A stretch of DNA of 24,000 nucleotides from Alphaproteobacteria bacterium (GTDB lineage: Bacteria; Pseudomonadota; Alphaproteobacteria; Rhodospirillales; Rhodospirillaceae). The stretch covers positions 1,258-25,257 of the forward strand of contig WLXB01000022.1 in the NCBI GenBank assembly GCA_012103295.1. Direction: 5' to 3'. The notes below the pieces were generated by a model that made no database searches, was not told the DNA's origin, and worked only from the letters and a program-made list of their open reading frames with translations. Shown here one piece after another: positions 9,739 through 16,966 of the stretch. The translations under genes and the position numbers were made by a program. Within the stretch, counting starts at the first letter, position 1. Every line of letters starts with the position of its first letter.

Positions 9739-9827
9739 ACGAAATTTGGACCTTTCTGGGACTTCCCATCTAGGACCGATCCGAATAATGTGACGCCGAC
9801 TGAGAACCTGAAAGCAGGCAGATTAAT

Positions 9828-10385
9828 ATGAAAAACGGGATTGCTCTCGCGACGGCGCTTTTTCTACTAGGCGCAACCTCCACCGGATACGCCCAAGAAG
9901 CGGATACCCTCGCGCCTCCGCCACCTCCAGAACTTGAAGAAGAAACTGCCGATGCCCCAGTGGCAGCGCCAGCGAAGAAGAAAAAGAAGCTCGATCATTG
10001 TGGACCACAGTCCGCGAAGGCGTGTGACGGAATCGAAAATATTGCCGATCTCGGCGACGGTGTATGGAAAATTGGCGCCATGGGAGCCGCTCTTTGCTCG
10101 AAGAGTGCTGCAATCGAGGCGACACGTAAGCGCCGCAAAGACCGTGTCGAGTATGAAGAGATACTCGCAGACATTGCTGAAGACGATGAAAACAGCAGTT
10201 ACACTCCTTGGGTTCCCTCAGAATCAAACACTGAGTTTGCGCGGCGCACATCGGCCGAATGCGGTGACAACAAGGAATACTGGTGCGGGGAAATGCAATT
10301 CACAGCAGCTGAGATCGCAGATCCGCAGACACAAGCAGCGGCGCTGGCCATGGTCGAGACCGCCTGCGGCCCTATCACAGAATAA
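9828..10385 (+). CDS. Secreted hypothetical protein with six Cys residues
   Basis: 185 aa. The signal peptide is MKNGIALATALFLLGATSTGYA|QE. It is followed by a Pro/Glu-rich stretch, a K5 run and six cysteines in the mature part. I recognise no family. Confidence 0.6.
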   Translation: MKNGIALATALFLLGATSTGYAQEADTLAPPPPPELEEETADAPVAAPAKKKKKLDHCGPQSAKACDGIENIADLGDGVWKIGAMGAALCSKSAAIEATRKRRKDRVEYEEILADIAEDDENSSYTPWVPSESNTEFARRTSAECGDNKEYWCGEMQFTAAEIADPQTQAAALAMVETACGPITE

Positions 10386-10410
10386 ATTTTTCCTTGATCG
10401 AAGAATTAGA

Positions 10411-10443
10411 AACGGCGGGTCACAAACCCGCCGTTTTCTTTTT
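10411..10443 (+). terminator. Rho-independent terminator between convergent genes
   Basis: The hairpin is aacggcggg-tcacaaa-cccgccgtt, followed by ttcttttt. It lies 26 nt after the stop of the 9828-10385 gene. Confidence 0.8.
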
Positions 10444-10451
10444 AGCGCCTG

Positions 10452-11501
10452 TTATTCGACGTCCATATCGACAGGAGCCCACAGGACATCCCGGATATGA
10501 TCAGCCCCAGTCAACAACATAATCAACCTGTCGACGCCTAACGCCATGCCGGCTGACTCTGGTACCTGCGCTAAAGCGGACAAGAAGTCTTCGTCAATTG
10601 GCGGCGCCTCACCATGCAACCGCGCATACGCTGACTGATCTCGTGAGAAACGACGCCGCTGTTCAATTGGGTCTGTTAGTTCAGAAAACCCGTTGGCCAG
10701 TTCGATACCACAAGCGTAGGCCTCAACCCGCTCGCAGACCCTACTATCTGCTGCCTTGGGGCGAGCCAACGCGCCCACGGGAGTTGGGAAATCCGTAAGC
10801 AACGTCGGTGGTCCGTCAGATATTTGGGGTTCAATACACTCCAGCATGACGCGATGAAAAACATCATCCCAACGGTCATTTTCATCACACCGCACGCCCG
10901 CCGCTTCTGCGCTGGCGACAAATTTTCTCGACGGCAATTCATCTTGACCCGTTACTTCGGCCAGAAGGTCAATGCCTGCATATTCGGCGAACGCTTGCGA
11001 TACACTCAGTTTATTCCAGGCCTGATTGATATCAGTGGAATAGCCCCTGTGCCGGAAACACGCCTGGCCGACGGCGGCGGCGGCTGACGACGCAAGATTG
11101 ATGACATCCTCCATCAACGCGTCGTAAGTCGCTTGTGCGCGATACCATTCCAATAACGTGAATTCAGGGTGGTGAAGATGCCCCTCTTCACCATCCCGAT
11201 AGACGTGGCAGATCTGAAATATCTTTTGCTCACCTGCTGCCAAGAGTTTCTTCATACAAAACTCTGGTGACGTATGAAGAAAGCGACGGCGATCAGCGCT
11301 TTCGAATGGGCCACGCACATTGACTTTGAAGGGACGAATGTGGCGATCAATGCCTGGCGACACCTGAATCGCCGGCGTGTCGACCTCTATGAATCCCTGA
11401 CCGGTGAGATATTCTCGCACCGCGCCAATTGCCTGGTTCCTGACCTGGAGATTTGCTCGCCGTCTGGAAAAGGCTGATTGATCCCACCACGTTTCAGGCA
11501 T
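10452..11501 (-). CDS. epmA: EF-P lysine beta-lysyltransferase (PoxA/GenX, truncated class II LysRS paralogue)
   Basis: 349 aa. Class II aaRS motif 2 (HHPEFTLLEWY) and motif 3 (GMALGVDRLIMLL) are present, plus GIELANGFSELTD. The protein is collinear with E. coli EpmA and divergent from efp. Confidence 0.85.
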   Translation of the reverse strand: MPETWWDQSAFSRRRANLQVRNQAIGAVREYLTGQGFIEVDTPAIQVSPGIDRHIRPFKVNVRGPFESADRRRFLHTSPEFCMKKLLAAGEQKIFQICHVYRDGEEGHLHHPEFTLLEWYRAQATYDALMEDVINLASSAAAAVGQACFRHRGYSTDINQAWNKLSVSQAFAEYAGIDLLAEVTGQDELPSRKFVASAEAAGVRCDENDRWDDVFHRVMLECIEPQISDGPPTLLTDFPTPVGALARPKAADSRVCERVEAYACGIELANGFSELTDPIEQRRRFSRDQSAYARLHGEAPPIDEDFLSALAQVPESAGMALGVDRLIMLLTGADHIRDVLWAPVDMDVE

Positions 11502-11634
11502 TTATGAGCGCTCACCTACATTATGGCCTTGACCGGCCGCCCGTTGCACGGCCCAGGCCAAACTGATAAAAGCCCCCGGCCTAAGAGATACGCATCGTCG
11601 TTCCATTCTTTATACGTCCAACAGTGATGAAGTC

Positions 11635-12201
11635 ATGAAAATTCAAGCCAATACAATGCGCCCAGGAATGGTGATTGAACACCAAGACAAGCAGTGGACC
11701 GTCCTCAAGATCGAACTGCTGCAACCGGGAAAAGGTGGCGCGTTCATACAAGTAGAAATGCGAGACATTGCGTCGGGCAACAAATCCAACGACAGGTGGC
11801 GCACTCAAGATTCCGTTGAGAAGCTAGAAGTGCGGGAGCGTGATAGCCAGTATCTCTACCAGGACGACGACATTTATACATTCATGGACACAGAGACTTT
11901 TGAGCAATTCACTCTGACTGGAGACGATCTGGGTGAAAAGGCCCCCTTCCTACAAGAGGGAATGGCCGTCACAACGTCGACGATCGAAGGCAAGCCTGTA
12001 GACATTAATCTACCCATGCACATCACCTTAGAAGTCGTTGAGGCTGACGCCGTGGTCAAAGGTCAAACGGCAGCGTCTTCCTATAAGCCAGGTGTTCTAG
12101 AGAACGGTGTTAAGGTTATGATCCCACCATTCGTAGAAGCTGGAACGCGGATTGTCATAAATACGACCGACGGCACGTACGTCGAACGCGCCAAGGACTG
12201 A
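11635..12201 (+). CDS. efp: Translation elongation factor P
   Basis: 188 aa. The loop QPGKGGAF places a Lys at residue 33, equivalent to E. coli K34. The three-domain EF-P length and pattern are present. Confidence 0.95.
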   Translation: MKIQANTMRPGMVIEHQDKQWTVLKIELLQPGKGGAFIQVEMRDIASGNKSNDRWRTQDSVEKLEVRERDSQYLYQDDDIYTFMDTETFEQFTLTGDDLGEKAPFLQEGMAVTTSTIEGKPVDINLPMHITLEVVEADAVVKGQTAASSYKPGVLENGVKVMIPPFVEAGTRIVINTTDGTYVERAKD

Positions 12202-12211
12202 GGCAGCTCAA

Positions 12212-13027
12212 ATGGCGGTCCGCTCCGCAATCCTCAATGTGATGGTCGGTGCCGCCGAAAAAGCTTCGCGGACCATGAAACGTGACTTTGGCGAGGTAGA
12301 AAACCTTCAAGTGTCACGTAAAGGCACCAATGACTTCGTTACGATTGCCGATACACGGACCGAAAAGACTCTTCAATATGAGTTAGCTAAGGCGAGACCA
12401 GCATTCGGTTTCATCATGGAAGAATCCGGCGTCATTGAGGGTGAAGACCCAAACCGCACATGGATCATTGACCCGATTGATGGCACGACAAACTTTATCC
12501 ATGGCATTCCGCATTTTGCGATCTCGATCGCGCTGCAGGAGCATGGTGAATTGGTCGCCGCGCTCGTCTACGCGCCCGTTTTTGATGAGATGTTCCTTGC
12601 TGAAAAAGGACAAGGTGCGACCTACAACAACCGACGCCTCAGGGTTTCCTCACGCACAGAACTAAGCGATTGCGTCTTGGCCACGGGAATCCCCCACCTT
12701 GGACGAGGTGATCACGAAGCCTACCTCCCCCAACTCACGTCGGTGATGGAAGCAACCGCAGGCGTTCGCCGTTTTGGTTCAGCAGCTTTAGATTTAGCGT
12801 ACGTTGCAGCTGGCAGGTTCGACGGATTCTGGGAAACAGGCCTGCAATCCTGGGATGTCGCCGCGGGCATATTGTTGGTCCGCGAAGCCGGTGGTTTTGT
12901 AACGGAAATCAATGGTAAGGGTGAAGCTCTTGGTGGCGAATCCATCTTGGCCGCCAATCCGCGGCTCCATCAACCGCTCAGCAACCTTCTGACAGGCAAA
13001 AAGACCGAGCGGCTCCGGGCGCGATAA
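12212..13027 (+). CDS. suhB: Inositol monophosphatase family protein (SuhB-like)
   Basis: 271 aa. IMPase motifs WIIDPIDGTTNF and WDVAAG are present. Confidence 0.85.
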   Translation: MAVRSAILNVMVGAAEKASRTMKRDFGEVENLQVSRKGTNDFVTIADTRTEKTLQYELAKARPAFGFIMEESGVIEGEDPNRTWIIDPIDGTTNFIHGIPHFAISIALQEHGELVAALVYAPVFDEMFLAEKGQGATYNNRRLRVSSRTELSDCVLATGIPHLGRGDHEAYLPQLTSVMEATAGVRRFGSAALDLAYVAAGRFDGFWETGLQSWDVAAGILLVREAGGFVTEINGKGEALGGESILAANPRLHQPLSNLLTGKKTERLRAR

Positions 13028-13061
13028 CTCACGTTGTGCGGTTAGTCGGACATTGTCCGGA

Positions 13062-13088
13062 GGACCACCCTTAGGGTAGGGTTCTTTT
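13062..13088 (+). terminator. Weak candidate terminator after the IMPase gene
   Basis: The hairpin is ggacc-accc tta gggt-a-ggttc (9 bp, one bulge, tight 3-nt loop), followed by only tttt. Confidence 0.3.
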
Positions 13089-13143
13089 GAGAAGGTGTTG
13101 AAACACCTGGTTGGGGACCTCAAATTCAGGATGGAATGTTGGC

Positions 13144-14055
13144 ATGGCTAAGAAACGCGTTACGAGGCGAAGCGCTATACGCGTCGGGCCACAATTATTA
13201 GCAATGCTCTTAGCCCCCGTCGTCATAGCGTCAGGGGCGACAATTGGCCCAGAAGCCGTTGCTCAAAATATCGATGGAGTTTCTGTCAACTTAGGCGTAC
13301 TCGACGATCTCGACCCGATGAAGACTCTCCCCCGGCTCCTGATGCCAAGTTCTCAGCCCACCCGTGGCCGCGTCATTTTAACACCACCCGCGGGCGTTGA
13401 CGCCATAACACCACAGCGCGCGCGTGTCGTGCTGCGCCCACCGCCAGGTGCGCCAACACGCGTTGCATCTGCGCCAAAAATATCTGTGCCACCCAAAGCT
13501 CCAGCGGCCCCCGCTCCACCTGTATCGGTAACCGCACCGCCAGCTCCGGCGTCGACTAGCGTACCACAGCCGCCGGCGCCTATCGCCAGCGTCCCAGACA
13601 TATCTCAGTCTGATGACAGCACAGCGACCATAGAAACATCAGGGCCCATCGCTCCATCAGAGGCGACATCGCAGGAGCCCGAGCAGGCAACTGAACGCAG
13701 TCAAGCTGAGCAGGTCGCAGCGTTACCGAAGCCAGATTCTGATGCCGGGACGGTTTCCGTCGCTTTCGGAGTCGAGGAAACTGACCTTCCATCATCAGCA
13801 GCAGCCACGCTCACACCGGTGGCTGAGCGGATGAAATCTGACACAGAGCTTCGCGTCCAGTTACTCGCATACGCCAGTAGTGCAGACGGATCTCCAAGTA
13901 GTGTGCGCAGAAAATCTCTTAGCCGTGCACTGTCGGTTCGAGAGTTCCTAATGGATCAAGGCGTTCAAAGTACACGCATCGAAGTTAGAGCCCTGGGAGA
14001 CAAGGTTGAGGATGGAGCGCCTGACCGGGTCGATGCAGTTGTCGAGCGACGCTGA
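13144..14055 (+). CDS. Anchored or secreted Pro-rich protein with C-terminal OmpA-like domain (gene 1 of the stator-like triad)
   Basis: The track start at 13111 is a TTG, so I prefer the ATG at 13144 (303 aa). The N-terminus MAKKRVTRRSAIRVGPQLLAMLLAPVVIASGATIG is a signal or anchor. A Pro/Ala-rich spacer of about 110 aa follows. The C-terminus reads LRVQLLAYASSADGS...SLSRALSVREFLMDQGV...RIEVRALGD, matching the OmpA-C-like pattern. The SRALSV motif is identical to the one in gene 3. Confidence 0.65.
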   Translation: MAKKRVTRRSAIRVGPQLLAMLLAPVVIASGATIGPEAVAQNIDGVSVNLGVLDDLDPMKTLPRLLMPSSQPTRGRVILTPPAGVDAITPQRARVVLRPPPGAPTRVASAPKISVPPKAPAAPAPPVSVTAPPAPASTSVPQPPAPIASVPDISQSDDSTATIETSGPIAPSEATSQEPEQATERSQAEQVAALPKPDSDAGTVSVAFGVEETDLPSSAAATLTPVAERMKSDTELRVQLLAYASSADGSPSSVRRKSLSRALSVREFLMDQGVQSTRIEVRALGDKVEDGAPDRVDAVVERR

Positions 14056-14088
14056 ATGACTCTTCGGAGATAGATTCATGGTGCCGGA

Positions 14089-15303
14089 ATGACTGACACC
14101 ACACGCTTCCTCACACGGATGACGCTGTTCCTGGTCGCAGGATCTATAGCTGGCGCATTTCTATACGGAACCCTGGTTGAAGCCTTTATGGCCAATCCAC
14201 TTCTAAACGGATTGATTCTCGGCGTTCTTCTCATCGGTATTATTTTAAACGTGCGTCAAGTTCTGATGCTCAGACCGGAAGCTGAGTGGTTAGAATCATT
14301 CCAGGACAAAGGCGCTCAGGAGAAAAGTGAAGGTGGGCACAGCGCGGATGAGGCCCCGCCGCCTCTATCCGGAAGTGGGCCGAAGTTACTTTCGCCAATG
14401 GCGCGTATGTTGGCCGAGAGCCAAAGTCGAGGCGGAAAGTTCTCTCTCAGTGCTCAGGCCATGCGAACTCTTCTGGACGGTATTGCGTCGCGCCTTGAAG
14501 AATCTCGCGATCTAGCGCGGTATTTTGTCGGACTCTCAATCTTTCTGGGCTTACTCGGTACGTTCTGGGGATTGCTCGGCACCGTTGCGTCTGTCGGAGA
14601 CGTCATTCGCAACCTATCCATTACGGGAGAAGACATATCGCTGGTCTTCAATGATCTAAAAGCCGGTCTTGAAGCGCCACTCGACGGTATGGGTACGGCA
14701 TTTTCCTCTTCGCTGTTTGGTTTAGCTGGCTCTTTAGTTCTTGGCTTCCTTGATTTGCAAGCCGGTCAGGCACAGAACGCGTTTTACAACGATCTCGAAG
14801 AATGGCTATCGGGTATGACCCGGCTTTCGTCGGGAACCAGTCTGAGCGAAGGTGAACAGGGCGTTTCGGCATATACCGAAGCACTACTAGAGCAAACCGC
14901 TGAGAGCCTGGACGAACTCCAGCGGATATTGGGCCGCGGCGAGGAAAGCCGTATCGCCGGCAACCAGCATTTCGCAACCATGAACGATAAATTGACTCTG
15001 TTAACTGAACAGATGAAAGCTGAACAACAAGTCTTACTAAAGATGGCTGGAAACCAAAAAGACCTTTCCCCCCTCCTGGAAAAGGTCGGTGCTCTTGGTG
15101 ACGCACTCGCTCAACCGCAAGACTCTGGTATGGACGACGGCACCAAGACTCATATTCGAAATATTGATCAATCCTTGAATCGTTTGGTTTCAGAACTCAC
15201 AGCCGGCCGCGACCAAATGGTCAAAGACCTAAGGTCAGAAATCAAACTGCTCGCAAAGACGGTCGCAGCATCCAGCAGCCGCCCCGATACGTCGGAAAGC
15301 TAG
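14089..15303 (+). CDS. MotA/TolQ/ExbB-family proton-channel protein with a long C-terminal helical tail (gene 2 of the triad)
   Basis: 404 aa with four hydrophobic segments at about residues 11-31, 37-55, 143-170 and 200-224. The TM3 motif FLGLLGTFWGLLGTV parallels TolQ VGLFGTVWGIMNTF in this same window. TM4 GTAFSSSLFGLAGSLVLGF parallels AEALFATALGLVAAIPAV. About 180 aa of heptad-like tail follow TM4. Confidence 0.75.
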   Translation: MTDTTRFLTRMTLFLVAGSIAGAFLYGTLVEAFMANPLLNGLILGVLLIGIILNVRQVLMLRPEAEWLESFQDKGAQEKSEGGHSADEAPPPLSGSGPKLLSPMARMLAESQSRGGKFSLSAQAMRTLLDGIASRLEESRDLARYFVGLSIFLGLLGTFWGLLGTVASVGDVIRNLSITGEDISLVFNDLKAGLEAPLDGMGTAFSSSLFGLAGSLVLGFLDLQAGQAQNAFYNDLEEWLSGMTRLSSGTSLSEGEQGVSAYTEALLEQTAESLDELQRILGRGEESRIAGNQHFATMNDKLTLLTEQMKAEQQVLLKMAGNQKDLSPLLEKVGALGDALAQPQDSGMDDGTKTHIRNIDQSLNRLVSELTAGRDQMVKDLRSEIKLLAKTVAASSSRPDTSES

Positions 15304-15319
15304 GTCGTAGAGAAACCCG

Positions 15320-16540
15320 ATGGCACTGGCCCGCCGCACGCGTCGCACCACAGATATTTGGCCAGGGTTTGTCGACGCCCTTTCGACTCTTCTCATAATT
15401 ATCATTTTCATTTTAATGGTCTTTGTTCTCGGCCAATTTTTTCTGGGCCAAGCGCTGTCAGGGCGTGACGCTGCCCTTGAACGACTTACGGCTCAGGTCA
15501 ATGAACTTGGTGAAATGTTAGCGCTTGAGCGGCAAGCCAATACGGATCTAACACTCAACGTATCCCAATTGTCCGACCAACTGCAGGCTGCGAACATAGA
15601 GCTTGATGATTTAGCATCTCTACGAATGGAGAACCGACAACTACTCGGACAAATCGAAACACAAGATGCGGATGCGCGAGCTCGCGAAGCCGAACTAGCG
15701 CGAATGCAGACGGCAATCAACGCCGCGTTAGAAGCGGCGGAGGCTGATCAAACCCAGATTACAGAGCAACGCCAACAGCTAGCGCTGCTGCAACAGAATA
15801 TTAGAGCGCTTGAGGCCTTGAAAGCAGAGTTAGAGACAGAAATCTCTCGATTAGGCGATACCCTTGTCGAGCGCGACCGCGAAGTTGCAGAAGAACGCCA
15901 GGTATCTGTAGCAGCCAGAGCTCAGGCCGCACTAATGAGCCAGCAGTTGGAAGCGCTTAGGCAAGAGCTTGCCCGATTGGCAGAAACATTAGATGCCTCT
16001 GACGCGCTCTCAGTAGAACAGCGAGCCCAGATTGCCGACCTCGGGCGTAGAATGAACAGAGCCCTGGCAGGAAAAGTGCAAGAACTGCAGAGATACCGAT
16101 CCGAGTTCTTTGGCCGCCTTAGGGACATTTTGGGGACCCGGCCCGGCATTCAAGTCGTCGGTGACCGCTTTGTGTTCCAATCTGAAGTGCTATTTGCAAG
16201 TGGATCAGCTGAATTAGCGGCTGAGGGTCAACGTCAACTGGCCCAACTGGCGAAGACGCTCATCGATATTTCCCGCGACATACCAGAAGAGGTGGATTGG
16301 ATCATGCGGGTCGACGGCCATACCGACGATGTACCCATCAGTACCGCCACTTTTCGGTCAAACTGGGAGCTCTCGGTCTCACGGGCGCTGTCAGTCGTCC
16401 GCTTTCTGATCACGCAAGGTGTGGCACCAGAGCGCCTCGCCGCGGCAGGTTTTGGCGAGTATCAGCCAATTGACACCGCTAAAACCGGCTTAGCCCGGGG
16501 CAAAAACCGCCGAATTGAGCTAAAATTAGACCAAAGATAG
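15320..16540 (+). CDS. MotB-like protein: N-terminal TM with channel Asp, long coiled coil, C-terminal OmpA-like peptidoglycan-binding domain (gene 3 of the triad)
   Basis: 406 aa. WPGFVDALSTLLIIIIFILMVF carries Asp19 at the cytoplasmic end of the TM, comparable to TolR PMVDVMLVLL. Residues about 45-265 are Q/E/A/L-rich coiled coil. The C-terminus VDGHTDDVP...SNWELSVSRALSVVRFL...GFGEYQP...NRRIELKL is a canonical OmpA-C-like domain. Confidence 0.8.
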   Translation: MALARRTRRTTDIWPGFVDALSTLLIIIIFILMVFVLGQFFLGQALSGRDAALERLTAQVNELGEMLALERQANTDLTLNVSQLSDQLQAANIELDDLASLRMENRQLLGQIETQDADARAREAELARMQTAINAALEAAEADQTQITEQRQQLALLQQNIRALEALKAELETEISRLGDTLVERDREVAEERQVSVAARAQAALMSQQLEALRQELARLAETLDASDALSVEQRAQIADLGRRMNRALAGKVQELQRYRSEFFGRLRDILGTRPGIQVVGDRFVFQSEVLFASGSAELAAEGQRQLAQLAKTLIDISRDIPEEVDWIMRVDGHTDDVPISTATFRSNWELSVSRALSVVRFLITQGVAPERLAAAGFGEYQPIDTAKTGLARGKNRRIELKLDQR

Positions 16541-16621
16541 TACGGCCCTTGATCACTGAGGGGTCTTGCTTCCGGGTATCTGGTTCGCTATACCCCAGCG
16601 ACTTTTCATACGAGGCACATA

Positions 16622-16846
16622 ATGAAAAAAGATATTCATCCCGATTATCATGACATTACGGTGATCATGACGGACGGCAGCGAGTACACGACCCGCAGCA
16701 CTATGGGCAAAGAAGGCGATACAATCCGTCTTGACGTTGATCCCAAGACTCACCCTGCGTGGACCGGCGTGCACCGTCTGCTTGATTCAGGTGGCCAACT
16801 TGCCAAATTTAACAAGCGCTTTTCTACATTTGGCTTAAAGAACTAA
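16622..16846 (+). CDS. rpmE: 50S ribosomal protein L31 (Cys-less form)
   Basis: 74 aa with [10 protein letters not shown]...THPAWTG...[14 protein letters not shown] lies 7 nt upstream of the ATG. Confidence 0.95.
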   Translation: MKKDIHPDYHDITVIMTDGSEYTTRSTMGKEGDTIRLDVDPKTHPAWTGVHRLLDSGGQLAKFNKRFSTFGLKN

Positions 16847-16870
16847 TTTCGGCCAAATACCAAATATGGT

Positions 16871-16900
16871 AGCCGCCTTCTTCGGAAGGCGGCTTTTTTT
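16871..16900 (+). terminator. Rho-independent terminator of rpmE
   Basis: The hairpin is agccgccttc-ttcg-gaaggcggct, followed by a T7 run. Confidence 0.9.
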
Positions 16901-16966
16901 GTGTCTAAGGCGAACCTTTAGCCAATTTGTGCGTTAGTCATATAACCGCAACTACCACGAATTCGC

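Noticed and set aside
11502-11634. GGCC-rich structured-looking segment (ggccttgaccggccgcccgttgcacggcccaggcc) in the epmA-efp divergent region as a possible riboswitch or leader
   Set aside because: There are only short, ambiguous pairings and I recognise no known motif. It is most simply two back-to-back promoters.
14648-15106. 152-aa minus-strand ORF inside the MotA-like gene, with a similar 150-aa ORF at 17536-17988 inside the pseudo-cyclase
   Set aside because: They overlap sense genes that have clear family motifs. Their Arg/Ser/Pro-rich composition is typical of antisense frames.
13144-16540. Reading the MotA/MotB-like pair as a Zorya (ZorAB) anti-phage system or as the flagellar stator
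   Set aside because: No ZorC/ZorD-like nuclease or helicase gene, or any other effector gene, lies adjacent, and the tail is far shorter than in ZorA. The context is core housekeeping with no mobile or defence-island hallmarks. No flagellar genes are nearby, and canonical MotB lacks a coiled coil of about 215 aa. Neither reading can be fully excluded without searches.
16622-16846. Cys-less L31 as a zinc-starvation paralogue (L31B-type) under Zur control
   Set aside because: From memory, the Cys-less form is the normal single-copy L31 in many Alphaproteobacteria. No second rpmE or Zur-box-like palindrome is seen upstream.
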